From the IMG/VR virus record IMGVR_UViG_3300027779_001743, positions 6,696-70,695 of that record: a DNA stretch of 64,000 nt; one strand, given 5' to 3'. Of this stretch, positions 28,351 to 38,088 are shown in pieces; the stretch's first letter is position 1; the number at the start of each line of letters is the position of its first letter. Both the position numbers and the translations under genes were made by a program. This DNA is from a virus. The notes beneath the pieces are model-generated. The model made no database searches. It saw only the letters and a program-made list of their open reading frames with translations, and was not told where the DNA came from.

Positions 28351-29681
28351 TATTCGGATTTGATAGGAAGGTTGGTGATGATTGGATTCCAAATGGATAT
28401 CCACTATTATTAGATAAACTCATTACAGATTTTTCAGAATATGTCATCCATACAGGATTAAATCCAGCAGTTTATCCATTAGGTGTTGTTCCATACGAAA
28501 CTATGAATAAACAATTAATTAGTGATATCGGTGATAAACCATTTTTATATTATGTAGAACAATTTGGTGCGATAGGAAAAGTTGTCGGACAAGATGAGGG
28601 TTATGAAAATAGTAGTCTTTTAAATAATATGTTGGAAACTACAAAGGAAAAGATACGAAACAAACAAGGTGTCGTATTGATTGTAGCTCACACAGAAAGC
28701 ACTATTGAACCGAGTTCATTTATACATTTACATAAAACTCTTGTAGAGCAAAATATAAGTCCCGAAAGAGTTGCATATGTAATGGGTAATAATTGGAGTG
28801 TTGGTATTGAATATAATGAGTGGTGTGATGAAAATAATTTCCACCAAAGACTAACATTGATAAATTGTTATGAACAAGTTCACAATAAAGGTATGCAATT
28901 ATTAAAAAGTGAAGACAATGGAAATACATTTGTATCAGATGAGGAGTTTCAAGATAAATCTAAAAAAAGAAAACATCAATTGGTATGTTTGAATAGAAGA
29001 ATACGACCACATAGATACGCTATGATAGCAATGTTACACCATAATAATTTATTAGAAAATAACTTGGTTAGTTTTTCATTGGAAACGGGTAAAGATTTAA
29101 ATTGTATGGGTAGAAAAGGAAGACCCGATATAGATACAATGAGAAGAATACTCGGAAAGACAAAACTAATGCAAAAGTATATGTCTTACTATGACGACTT
29201 AGATAAGATGTCACCACGAACAATAGATTTTGACAATTTACAAGAAATAATGGGAATAGGATTTGAAAGTAAAGAACCTTATTTAGATTCTTACTTTTCA
29301 ATAGTAACCGAAACAGGTTTTCCAGAACCAACTAAGTTTGCTACGGAAAAAGTATTTAGACCAATGTTACATTTTCATCCATTTATAGTTTATGGTTCAC
29401 ACGGAACACTAAAAATGTTAAAACAATTAGGATTTAAAACTTTCAGTCCATTTATAGATGAAAGTTATGATGAAGAAGAATCGTCATTTAAAAGAATGCA
29501 AAAAATAACATCAGAAGTAAAACGAATATGTAGTATGAGTCAAGATGAAATGCACGAATGGTATTATGAAATGCAAGATATATTGATTCACAATAGAGAA
29601 TTGATAAAGAAATATGGTGAACGATATCACGAATCACAAAGAGAAGTAATTGATACTGCATACGAGGAGTTAATGAAATGA
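28335..29681 (+). CDS. putative glycosyltransferase-like protein (SIVTE-TEK family, copy 2)
   Basis: CLNRRIRPHR, YFSIVTET..TEKVFRP..HPFIVYG..GFKTF..IDESYD..HN. Confidence 0.55.
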   Translation: MEDKIIFGFDRKVGDDWIPNGYPLLLDKLITDFSEYVIHTGLNPAVYPLGVVPYETMNKQLISDIGDKPFLYYVEQFGAIGKVVGQDEGYENSSLLNNMLETTKEKIRNKQGVVLIVAHTESTIEPSSFIHLHKTLVEQNISPERVAYVMGNNWSVGIEYNEWCDENNFHQRLTLINCYEQVHNKGMQLLKSEDNGNTFVSDEEFQDKSKKRKHQLVCLNRRIRPHRYAMIAMLHHNNLLENNLVSFSLETGKDLNCMGRKGRPDIDTMRRILGKTKLMQKYMSYYDDLDKMSPRTIDFDNLQEIMGIGFESKEPYLDSYFSIVTETGFPEPTKFATEKVFRPMLHFHPFIVYGSHGTLKMLKQLGFKTFSPFIDESYDEEESSFKRMQKITSEVKRICSMSQDEMHEWYYEMQDILIHNRELIKKYGERYHESQREVIDTAYEELMK

Positions 29682-30421
29682 TATTATTTGTAGGATGTAG
29701 TTTTACTTGGGGAGCAGGATTACAATTTGAATATTTGTCAAAGAAAAGAGGTTGGACATCAGATGAAATCAATGCAATCAATCCACCAAAATCACATTTG
29801 GAACATTTGGATTATAAATGTGATGAATACAGAAAGAAACACCATTATCCTAATTTAGTTGCAAAAGAAATGAATATGGGGTATGGAATGGGAAAACTTG
29901 GAAATGGTGGAAACAATTACGAGATTGGAAAAATACTTCACCACACTTCAACAGAATTAGCAGGAGAAGACGCAATTGAATTAGTAGTGATACAATTTAC
30001 AGATTGGACAAGAAGTTGTCCTGAAATAACACATAGAGCAGATTATGGTGGAACAGACAATATAGATTTTTTATCAAATAACCATATTAGAAAAATTATT
30101 ACAACGCAAATAGATAATATTAACGTTGGTTGTGAAAGATTGAAATCCAAGTGGATAGGTTGGTCTTGGAGAAATGATTTTGCACAAATATTGAAAACTA
30201 AAAATCCACAGAACTTTATACCACTTTACCATAAAGGAAAAGAATACGATTCAATGGAAGAATTAATAGTAGTTGATGGGAATTGGAGATTTGATGATTT
30301 TTCATTTCAACATAAAGATAAATTAAGAATATGTGATGTTATACAAGGTGTAGATGATACACATCTAAGTTCAACAGGACATAAAGTAATAGCAAACTCA
30401 ATAATAAGGAGATTAAAGTGA
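29678..30421 (+). CDS. SGNH/GDSL-like protein
   Basis: FVGCSFTWGAG, GGNN, QFT and DDTHLSSTGH (DxH catalytic block). Confidence 0.6.
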   Translation: MILFVGCSFTWGAGLQFEYLSKKRGWTSDEINAINPPKSHLEHLDYKCDEYRKKHHYPNLVAKEMNMGYGMGKLGNGGNNYEIGKILHHTSTELAGEDAIELVVIQFTDWTRSCPEITHRADYGGTDNIDFLSNNHIRKIITTQIDNINVGCERLKSKWIGWSWRNDFAQILKTKNPQNFIPLYHKGKEYDSMEELIVVDGNWRFDDFSFQHKDKLRICDVIQGVDDTHLSSTGHKVIANSIIRRLK

Positions 30422-31161
30422 ATCAATATTGGATAACAAGTTTCGTTCAAACTAAATTAAATGGTGGTGGAGATTGGCAAGCGTATGGTAAAGAAATGCC
30501 ATTAGAGTCAGAAAGAACATTAGATAAATTCTATGAACCATTGGTGGTTCAAATCGGTGTAGGAGAAGGACACGATACGTGTGAATTGACACGAGCAATA
30601 AATTATCATAATGGAAAGTTAATAGCCATTGACTGGTTTGAGGGAAACATTTCTACACCCGAAGGTGAATTGATAGACGCTCACAATCATACAGAAGATA
30701 CAACTAAAATTGATAAACGATATAAAGGTGTTTTAAACAAGTTAAGAACTGAAACTGATTGTTCAGAAATCACAACATTAATTAAAGGTAATTCACACGA
30801 CGAATTAGAAAAACTTGAAGATGAATCAATTGATATATTGTTTATTGATGGTGGACACGAATATAGTATTGTCAAGAAAGACATTGAAATCGGTTGGAGA
30901 AAACTAAAACCAGGTGGTTATATTTGTGGAGATGATTATTCAGGTGACTATCATTATCATAAGATAGATGAAGTGAGTGAAGAACGATTAGAACAAGATA
31001 CCATTAAGGGTGACGGATATATTAAAATTGCAGACGGAAATGGTATATTGGTAAGTGTGAATAATGTTCACGCAGGAGTCATTAAAGCAGTTCACGAATT
31101 CTTTGACGGACAAGCAAATGTAAATAATTGGGGTAGATATTGGCATTACAAAAAAAATTGA
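30418..31161 (+). CDS. class I SAM-dependent methyltransferase (Methyltransf_24-like)
   Basis: VQIGVGEG, IDWFEG, DILFIDGGHEY, LKPGGYICGDDY. Confidence 0.82.
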   Translation: MNQYWITSFVQTKLNGGGDWQAYGKEMPLESERTLDKFYEPLVVQIGVGEGHDTCELTRAINYHNGKLIAIDWFEGNISTPEGELIDAHNHTEDTTKIDKRYKGVLNKLRTETDCSEITTLIKGNSHDELEKLEDESIDILFIDGGHEYSIVKKDIEIGWRKLKPGGYICGDDYSGDYHYHKIDEVSEERLEQDTIKGDGYIKIADGNGILVSVNNVHAGVIKAVHEFFDGQANVNNWGRYWHYKKN

Positions 31162-31180
31162 TAGTTTTTCAAAGTTCTAA

Positions 31181-31305
31181 CTATTTATATATATAGAAGT
31201 CAAGTGGTGCTAACAGGTAACAAACCAAAGACCCAACCGACCACACAAGACTATAAAATTAACGGGGGCACTTTATAGTGTCCTTCATTTATGAAGGATT
31301 TTTTT
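31181..31305 (+). promoter_or_regulatory. promoter-like motif plus structured leader with overlapping antiterminator and terminator/SD-sequestering hairpins
   Basis: CTATTTATAT at 31181. Stems: AGTC/GACT and GTGGT/ACCAC. GGGGGCAC/GTGTCCTT competes with TCCTTCA/TGAAGGA, which is followed by T7. Confidence 0.55.
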
Positions 31306-31806
31306 ATGTTTAAATATTCAAGAGAAGAAAGTAAATTACCAGGAGTTGATGTTTTCACTCCCGACCCATACACAGATTATCGTGGAACAATGTGGACTCA
31401 TTGGGAGAACTCAATGGATACACCACAATCTAAAATATCCAAATTCACTCGTTCAAGAAAAAATGTCCTAAGAGGATTGCATGGAGATACTGAAACTTGG
31501 AAACACATTACGTGTGTGTATGGTGCTTTTTATTTAGTTGTAGTAGATTACAGAGAAGATAGTATAAATTATTTAAATTCAGTTAGTTTTACTTTAGATG
31601 ATAGAAATATGAAAAGTGTATTGGTTCCACCAGGTTATTTAAACGGACATTTATGTTTATCCAATGAATGTGTATTTCATTACACACAATCCTATCCAAA
31701 TGATTATGTTGATTCGCAAGACCAAATATCAGTCAAATGGAACGACAAAGATTTAAACCTTAGTTGGCCAATAGATAATCCAATATTATACGGGAGAGAC
31801 AAATGA
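31306..31806 (+). CDS. rmlC: dTDP-4-dehydrorhamnose 3,5-epimerase (RmlC-like cupin)
   Basis: DYRG, SRKNVLRGLH, VVVDYR, VPPGYLNGH, WND..WP. ATG 31306 has an AAGGA SD; 31291 is the alternative start. Confidence 0.9.
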   Translation: MFKYSREESKLPGVDVFTPDPYTDYRGTMWTHWENSMDTPQSKISKFTRSRKNVLRGLHGDTETWKHITCVYGAFYLVVVDYREDSINYLNSVSFTLDDRNMKSVLVPPGYLNGHLCLSNECVFHYTQSYPNDYVDSQDQISVKWNDKDLNLSWPIDNPILYGRDK

Positions 31807-32222
31807 GTAAAGAAAGAAAATATTTACCAACGATAGAAGATTTGATTGATAGATTGTCAATCTTTCAATTAAAAGAAGTTAAAATGCCAGAACATAAAGA
31901 AAAATATGCACAAGACATACACGATATATTAAATGATATTGATATCATTTTAGAAGAAAGTCCTGGTAAAGTTGATGCTAAATTGATTAGAGCAATCGTA
32001 GTATTGTCACAAATGAACGCACATATTTGGTATAATGAATCAGATGTAAGAAGTGGTGTAAAAGGTAGTGACAATTTACTACTAACACACGGACTAAATG
32101 GAATCAGAAATACAGCAAAGAATTTCATTACTGATATCTTGGGTGGTAGAAAAGACCACAAGATAGATTGTTTAGCAGCAGATTTTAAAGAATGGGAAGT
32201 AAGTTGGGAAAATGAAGTTTAA
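31803..32222 (+). CDS. hypothetical helical protein
   Basis: 139-aa ORF (LIDRLSIFQLK..N..IW..E), translationally coupled on both sides. Confidence 0.65.
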   Translation: MSKERKYLPTIEDLIDRLSIFQLKEVKMPEHKEKYAQDIHDILNDIDIILEESPGKVDAKLIRAIVVLSQMNAHIWYNESDVRSGVKGSDNLLLTHGLNGIRNTAKNFITDILGGRKDHKIDCLAADFKEWEVSWENEV

Positions 32223-32430
32223 AGAAACTAAAACACGTTCAACACAAAAGTCAATCAGTTGGAGAGTTATTGCTTTCCTAAACTCTTGGTTTATATTAGC
32301 AGTAAGTTTAACTGAAGTACCACTTTGGAACGCAATCATAATGAACTTGACAGGTATATTATTTTTCTATATACACGAAAGAGTTTGGAACAATGTAGAT
32401 TTTGGGAGATATAGTGAAAAATCTAAATAA
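32212..32430 (+). CDS. small membrane protein (DUF2061-like)
   Basis: ETKTRS..KSISWR..FYIHERVWN..FGR pattern. Confidence 0.7.
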   Translation: MKFKETKTRSTQKSISWRVIAFLNSWFILAVSLTEVPLWNAIIMNLTGILFFYIHERVWNNVDFGRYSEKSK

Positions 32431-33040
32431 CTACAACAAGGTAAGAGATGTAACTCTCACGAAACAAGATTTGATTCAGTTTGAAGAACACATTGTTTCA
32501 TTGTGGGAGAGTGGTAAAATAAAAGCACCAGTTCATTTATCTCACGGAAACGAAGATGAATTGATAGAAGTGTTTTCACACATTGATACAGATGATTATG
32601 TATTTTCTACTTGGAGAAGTCATTATCACGCATTACTTCACGGAATAACATCAGAGTGGATTGAGGATAAAATTTTACAAGGTAAATCAATATCATTATG
32701 TAATCTTGACCACAACTTTTATTCATCAGCAATCGTTACAGGTGTGATACCAATTGCACTTGGAACTGCTATTGGATTAAAGAAACAAAAGTCAAAACAA
32801 AAGGTATGGTGTTTCGTTGGTGATATGACCTTTGAAACAGGTATATTTTATGAAGTCCATAAATATGCCAGAAACTTTGACTTACCATTATATTTTGTCG
32901 TAGAGGACAATAAGGTTTCTACACAAACACCAACAAAAGCAACTTGGAATAAAACAAGAGATATTCCTGATGATGTAATTCATTATAATTACAAATCAAA
33001 ATATCCACATTACGGGACAGGCAAATGGGTAATATTTTAA
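32402..33040 (+). CDS. TPP-dependent dehydrogenase E1 alpha-like subunit (short)
   Basis: PVHLSHGNE, STWRSHYHAL and the TPP motif VGD..ETG..FVVEDN. Confidence 0.85.
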   Translation: MGDIVKNLNNYNKVRDVTLTKQDLIQFEEHIVSLWESGKIKAPVHLSHGNEDELIEVFSHIDTDDYVFSTWRSHYHALLHGITSEWIEDKILQGKSISLCNLDHNFYSSAIVTGVIPIALGTAIGLKKQKSKQKVWCFVGDMTFETGIFYEVHKYARNFDLPLYFVVEDNKVSTQTPTKATWNKTRDIPDDVIHYNYKSKYPHYGTGKWVIF

Positions 33041-34248
33041 ACATAATAGATAGTAGAACTCATCACAAAAAAACTGATGGTATTATTCCTTTACAACACG
33101 GACCATTTTTTTCTCAAGAGTTTGATAATAGTTTTGAATACAAATTTTATAATTTAAAATATATTTCAAAAACAAATAACTATTTTTACATAGTTGAAAT
33201 TGCTCACAATTTTGGGATAACCGATGCTATAAATGATATTTTAAAAATGGATAAACTTATTAAGTTAATTAATAATGATAAATGTAAAGTTATATTAGCA
33301 TACGAATCCGAGGGTGATATAGATATGTCTGAATTTAATAATTGGTATTTGGAAGTTTGTAAACCAGTTGAGAACCAAGTTAAGTTTTCTAATTTTTATA
33401 TTTTTCATAGTGATTTAAATTGTAAAAAAAACAATAAGACAAAAATTAATTTTTATCCATCAATTTATTTTTTAGAAAGCACATCACATACATTAAATGA
33501 CATAATATCAAAAGAGGGTGGAGTACAAGTTACTGAAATGGATTATGATTTTCAACACAAGACAATTCAAGATATAGATATTGATAAAAAAACAAAACAT
33601 TTCTTATCATTTATGAGAGGAATGCACCACCACAGAATAGCATTAGCTTCATATTTTGAACATAATGATGTGTGGTATGACAATATTATAAGTTTTTTAA
33701 AGATAGAGTGGAATTATACTGGCGTTATACCAGAAATGTTACCTGAAAAATATTGGGAAAGTGCTAATAAATTGGGTGATAGAGAGGCCGTAGAAATAGA
33801 CACACAAAATTTAAAAAATAAAGGTGGATTTTCAACAATGTTTACAAGTAAGTGGGAATTCTACGAAGAAACTTTTTTGAGTGTAGTTTCTGAAACAATT
33901 TATAATAGTGATACACTATACTTTACTGAAAAAATATGTAAACCTTTGATGTGTTTACATCCATTTATATTAGTGACTTCACCACACTCTTTAAAAAGAT
34001 TACAAAAGTTTGGATTTAAAACATTTCACCCGTTTATTGATGAGAGTTATGATAATGAAGAAGATGGTTTGAAAAGAATGCAAATGATATTTAATGAGTT
34101 GGATAAATTTAAAGCAAGACCAATTCAAGAATTAAAAGATTGGTGGAAAGAAATATTACCTATATTGGAACATAACCAAAAAGTATTTTTAAAACTCGGA
34201 AAGAATAAATCAAAAAGAATAAAATATATGGAGAAATTAAATGACTAA
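33025..34248 (+). CDS. putative glycosyltransferase-like protein (SIVTE-TEK family, copy 3)
   Basis: FMRGMHHHR, FLSVVSET..FTEKICKP..HPFIL..GFKTF..IDESYD..HN. Confidence 0.55.
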   Translation: MGNILNIIDSRTHHKKTDGIIPLQHGPFFSQEFDNSFEYKFYNLKYISKTNNYFYIVEIAHNFGITDAINDILKMDKLIKLINNDKCKVILAYESEGDIDMSEFNNWYLEVCKPVENQVKFSNFYIFHSDLNCKKNNKTKINFYPSIYFLESTSHTLNDIISKEGGVQVTEMDYDFQHKTIQDIDIDKKTKHFLSFMRGMHHHRIALASYFEHNDVWYDNIISFLKIEWNYTGVIPEMLPEKYWESANKLGDREAVEIDTQNLKNKGGFSTMFTSKWEFYEETFLSVVSETIYNSDTLYFTEKICKPLMCLHPFILVTSPHSLKRLQKFGFKTFHPFIDESYDNEEDGLKRMQMIFNELDKFKARPIQELKDWWKEILPILEHNQKVFLKLGKNKSKRIKYMEKLND

Positions 34249-35167
34249 AATATTAATAACAGGCGCATCAGGTATGGTAGGAAAACATTTAGTGGATATG
34301 TGTTTACAAAAAGGATACTTTGTAAAAGGAACGGATATTCGTTATGATGATAGATACAGAACATATTCAGAAAACTTTCATTTTGAACTTGGTAATTTAA
34401 ACAATTATCAAAGATGTCTTGAATTGGTAAGTGATGTTGATGTGGTGTTTCACGTAGCAGGAGTTAAAGGTTCACCAAAGAGAGCGGCAGAACAACCAAA
34501 CGATTACTTTACACCAATGTTACAAATGAATACCAATATGGCAGAAGCTGCAAGAATTGGTAAAGTTGAATGGTATGTTTATACTTCAACAATTGGAGTA
34601 TATCAACCAGCAGATTATTTCAGAGAAGATGATGTATGGAAAACATTTCCAAGTGAAAACGATAAATACGCAGGTTGGGTAAAACGAATGGGTGAATTAC
34701 AATTAGATTGTTTTGAAACTCATTACGGATTAAAGAATTATTCAATTGTCAGACCAGCAAACATTTACGGAGAATACGATAACTTCGGTGAAGAATCCAC
34801 GGTAATCGCATCATTAGTAAAAAAGGGTTGTAATGATAAACTATTATCAGTATGGGGAGACGGAACACCAATAAGAGATTTTATACACGCAGAAGATGTA
34901 GCAAGAGGTATATTGATGTCGTATGAAAATGAAATTACAGAACCTATCAATTTAGGTAGTGGTGATGGAGTTCGCATTAGAGATATCGCAAGTATCGTAG
35001 CAACACATTATGGAAAAGAAATAGAATACGATTTAACAAAACCAAACGGAGATAAAAAAAGACTTATGGATATGACACGAGCAAATAGCTATGGGTTTCA
35101 TCCAAAGGTAGATTTAGAAACAGGAATAAAAAGGGTAATAAAATATTATGAACATTTACAAAGATAA
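34241..35167 (+). CDS. NAD-dependent nucleotide-sugar epimerase/dehydratase (extended SDR)
   Basis: ITGASGMVG, YxxxK (YAGWVK variant), RPANIYG, VWGDGTPIRDFIH. Confidence 0.9.
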   Translation: MTKILITGASGMVGKHLVDMCLQKGYFVKGTDIRYDDRYRTYSENFHFELGNLNNYQRCLELVSDVDVVFHVAGVKGSPKRAAEQPNDYFTPMLQMNTNMAEAARIGKVEWYVYTSTIGVYQPADYFREDDVWKTFPSENDKYAGWVKRMGELQLDCFETHYGLKNYSIVRPANIYGEYDNFGEESTVIASLVKKGCNDKLLSVWGDGTPIRDFIHAEDVARGILMSYENEITEPINLGSGDGVRIRDIASIVATHYGKEIEYDLTKPNGDKKRLMDMTRANSYGFHPKVDLETGIKRVIKYYEHLQR

Positions 35168-36098
35168 AAAAGTAGTCGTAACGGGTGGAAGTGGTTTCAT
35201 TGGAACACACTTCATACAAGAGTTATTGGAAAGAGGTGCTATCGTTAAAACATCAATACACAACTCACCACTAAAAATACAAGATGATAGAATTGAAGTA
35301 TTGGAAAATATTGACTTAACAAAACAAGAAGACGCTTTTAAACTAATTGACGGAGCAGATATTGTTATTCATTGCGCAGGATATATTGGACACCCATCAT
35401 CAATAGCAGATGACTTCCAAATTGCATTAAATCAAATTAATGTGATTACCAATGTATTGGAAGCTTGTTATAAATTTAATGTAAAAAGATTTTTAGATTT
35501 GAATAGTTCAACGGGTTATCCAGACAAAGAACACGCAATTACAGAATATGAGTATTTTGATGGAGAACCATTTATTTCTTATTATGGTTATGGGTGGATG
35601 CGAAGATATAGAGAAAAACTTATGGAACACACTTCACATCTTACAGATATACACATTGGTATCGCTCGTGGAACTGCAATATTTGGTCCTTATGATAATT
35701 TTGATTTAAAAACTTGCCACGTTGTTCCAGCATTAATTAAAAGACATTTGAGTGGAGAAGACCCATTTGTAGTTTGGGGAAGTTCAGATGTTGTTAGGGA
35801 TTTTCTATATGTAAAAGATGTGGTTGATGGAGCATTGTTAATTTTACAAGACGGAGTATCAATGCGACCATATAATCTTGGATATGGTTCAACAATAACA
35901 ATCGGTGATATCGTTAATACGATATTAAAAATTACAGATAAATCACCAGAAATTCAATGGGATAATTCAAAACCAACAACAATTCCATTTCGCGCTTGTT
36001 CAACTGAAAGAATTAAAACTGAATTGGGATTTGAACCAGACTATACTTTTGAACAAGGTATGAGAGAAACAATAGAGTGGTATGAAAACAACTTATAA
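35148..36098 (+). CDS. NAD-dependent epimerase/reductase (GDP-fucose synthase-like SDR)
   Basis: VTGGSGFIG, FGPYDNFDLKTCHVVPALI, VWG..RDFLYV. The catalytic motif is atypical (YGWMR). Confidence 0.85.
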   Translation: MNIYKDKKVVVTGGSGFIGTHFIQELLERGAIVKTSIHNSPLKIQDDRIEVLENIDLTKQEDAFKLIDGADIVIHCAGYIGHPSSIADDFQIALNQINVITNVLEACYKFNVKRFLDLNSSTGYPDKEHAITEYEYFDGEPFISYYGYGWMRRYREKLMEHTSHLTDIHIGIARGTAIFGPYDNFDLKTCHVVPALIKRHLSGEDPFVVWGSSDVVRDFLYVKDVVDGALLILQDGVSMRPYNLGYGSTITIGDIVNTILKITDKSPEIQWDNSKPTTIPFRACSTERIKTELGFEPDYTFEQGMRETIEWYENNL

Positions 36099-36609
36099 AG
36101 ATGAATTAATTAAATCAATGAATTATTTGGCAGAAAAACCAAATACTATATTTGTAGGACAACAAACAGCTTACGCTGGAAATCCAATGTCCACAACAAT
36201 ATTAGATGTGCCAATGGAGAAGATGATTGAAACACCAGTATTTGAAGAAGTTCAAATGGGAATGTCAACAGGATTAGGTATGACTAATATGTGCGTAGTT
36301 AGTTTTTATCCACGATGGGATTTCTTGATATGTGCAGCAAATCAATTAATAAATCACTTGGATAAATTTAAACATATGACAGGTTATGATTCACACGTTA
36401 TCATTAGAGTTAGTAAAGGTAGCGATGACCCATTAGACCCTGGCGTTCAACACAAAGCAGATTACTCGGAAGAATTTAAAAGTATATTAAGTGATATTGA
36501 AGTAATAAATCTTTACGATAAGTCTAATATCTACGAAACTTACAAGAATGCATACCAAAATAAAAAACCAATTATATTGGTGGAATATACGGAGAAATAT
36601 AATGATTAG
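36082..36609 (+). CDS. TPP-dependent enzyme beta-subunit (pyrimidine-binding domain only)
   Basis: IFVGQ, ETPVFEEVQMGMSTG, FLICAANQLIN, PGVQH, PIILVE. Confidence 0.8.
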   Translation: MKTTYKDELIKSMNYLAEKPNTIFVGQQTAYAGNPMSTTILDVPMEKMIETPVFEEVQMGMSTGLGMTNMCVVSFYPRWDFLICAANQLINHLDKFKHMTGYDSHVIIRVSKGSDDPLDPGVQHKADYSEEFKSILSDIEVINLYDKSNIYETYKNAYQNKKPIILVEYTEKYND

Positions 36610-37429
36610 AGATTTATTAAAAATTGAAAAAATTGACGCATTTTGTGGTAAAAATGTTTCCATTGGTTCTTGTGCAAAAATGGGAAGTTCTACTTTAGGT
36701 ACTGAATGTGCTAAAGATAGTAATTCTTTATCGTTAAAAAAAGTTAGTTTAATAAATAATAATACTCACAATATAGTCTTGATTAGAGATGTTTTTGATA
36801 AATGGTTAACAGGAATGTATCAGGAAATGTTTGAACCAAAATATCTAAATTCTGATTTACTAGATTTATTAAAAACTGGCTATTGGGAAAATCAATCAAT
36901 AGTAGAATCACTTGATTCAGATGATTCTCAACGAGTAAAACATACTAAAAAATTTATTAATTCTATGGTAAAACTATATGAGTGGAACGGAGCAACAGAT
37001 TTAAATTGGATGATAGAGGGACACGCTAAATTTTGGGCGTGGAACGATGAAGGGCTAGCCAATGATTCTACTCAATCTCATATGGGACTCTTATCATATA
37101 CAGAGTTAGAAAATTATTATTTTTTAGAATTAAAAGATTTGAGTAATCCAAAATTTATAAAATGGTTGGGTGAACAAGATAGTTCTTGGGAAAATGCTAA
37201 GTTTGAAATTGAAAATCAACGACCACCACACATTAAATTACAATTTAAAAAGTTTTGGGATGAATATAACGAACAAAAGATTTGTAAAGGTTCTTTTTTA
37301 GTTTCACCATATGCCAACATTTTAGAACTGAAAACAGTTACAATGTCACTGGTACAAGAGAAATTCTATTTTAATCGTGACGTAGTTGAACACATTAGAA
37401 ACTCACACCCAAGATATTTAAAATTTTAA
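36602..37429 (+). CDS. sulfotransferase-like protein
   Basis: AKMGSSTL resembles the 5'-PSB loop and VLIRDVFDKWLTG resembles the 3'-PB motif. Both are degenerate. Confidence 0.45.
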   Translation: MIRDLLKIEKIDAFCGKNVSIGSCAKMGSSTLGTECAKDSNSLSLKKVSLINNNTHNIVLIRDVFDKWLTGMYQEMFEPKYLNSDLLDLLKTGYWENQSIVESLDSDDSQRVKHTKKFINSMVKLYEWNGATDLNWMIEGHAKFWAWNDEGLANDSTQSHMGLLSYTELENYYFLELKDLSNPKFIKWLGEQDSSWENAKFEIENQRPPHIKLQFKKFWDEYNEQKICKGSFLVSPYANILELKTVTMSLVQEKFYFNRDVVEHIRNSHPRYLKF

Positions 37430-37437
37430 GGAGATAT

Positions 37438-38088
37438 ATGATTAAAGAATACAAACAAAATGGATATGTAATTTTAGATAATTTATTACCAACAGAACAA
37501 TACAATAAGATTGTTGATATTTGTAGAAATGCAACATATGAAGAAGTAGACCAAGTCAGACCAGATAGGTATGAAATGTGGGAAACACCAGATGACAATT
37601 TCTTTCCATCAACAGATGAAGTATATCAAAATCATATGTGGGGAAGTTCAGATGTTCCTAATTCAAAAGAAGTTCAAGATATGTTTAATCAATATATTAA
37701 ACCATTAATTATTGAGATGTCAGAAGGACAAGCAGGTAAGTTTATGCACCAAACCAATATGTATGAAAATAATGGTAAAGACTTTTTAAGAATCCATTAT
37801 GATGATTATATGGGATTATGTGGTTATATATTTTATGTCGGAGAACACCAATGGAAATATGATTGGGGTGGATTACTACAAGTCAGTATTGATAAAAGAA
37901 TTGAAACAATTCTACCTAATCCAAATAGATTAGTTATAATTAATCATTCACTTCGTATGGGACATTGGGTTACACCAACGAATCATTGGGCAAAGGAAAA
38001 TAGATACACATTAACAGGTTTTTGTATTGACAAAGATAGAGAATTGCCAGAAACTTGGGGAAAAAGAGAGGACGCAACAATTGAGTAA
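37438..38088 (+). CDS. 2OG-Fe(II) dioxygenase (prolyl-hydroxylase-like)
   Basis: LRIHYD (HxD), DWGGLL, PNRLVI, HWVTP, RYTL. Confidence 0.85.
   Translation: MIKEYKQNGYVILDNLLPTEQYNKIVDICRNATYEEVDQVRPDRYEMWETPDDNFFPSTDEVYQNHMWGSSDVPNSKEVQDMFNQYIKPLIIEMSEGQAGKFMHQTNMYENNGKDFLRIHYDDYMGLCGYIFYVGEHQWKYDWGGLLQVSIDKRIETILPNPNRLVIINHSLRMGHWVTPTNHWAKENRYTLTGFCIDKDRELPETWGKREDATIE

Noticed and set aside
31191-31260. tRNA or a known riboswitch (c-di-GMP, SAM, TPP)
   Set aside because: There is no cloverleaf or T-loop and no recognisable consensus by eye. It is kept only as an unclassified candidate.
32402-36609. Pyruvate dehydrogenase as a central-metabolism auxiliary gene
   Set aside because: The subunits are truncated and separated, E2/E3 are absent, and the context is nucleotide-sugar synthesis.
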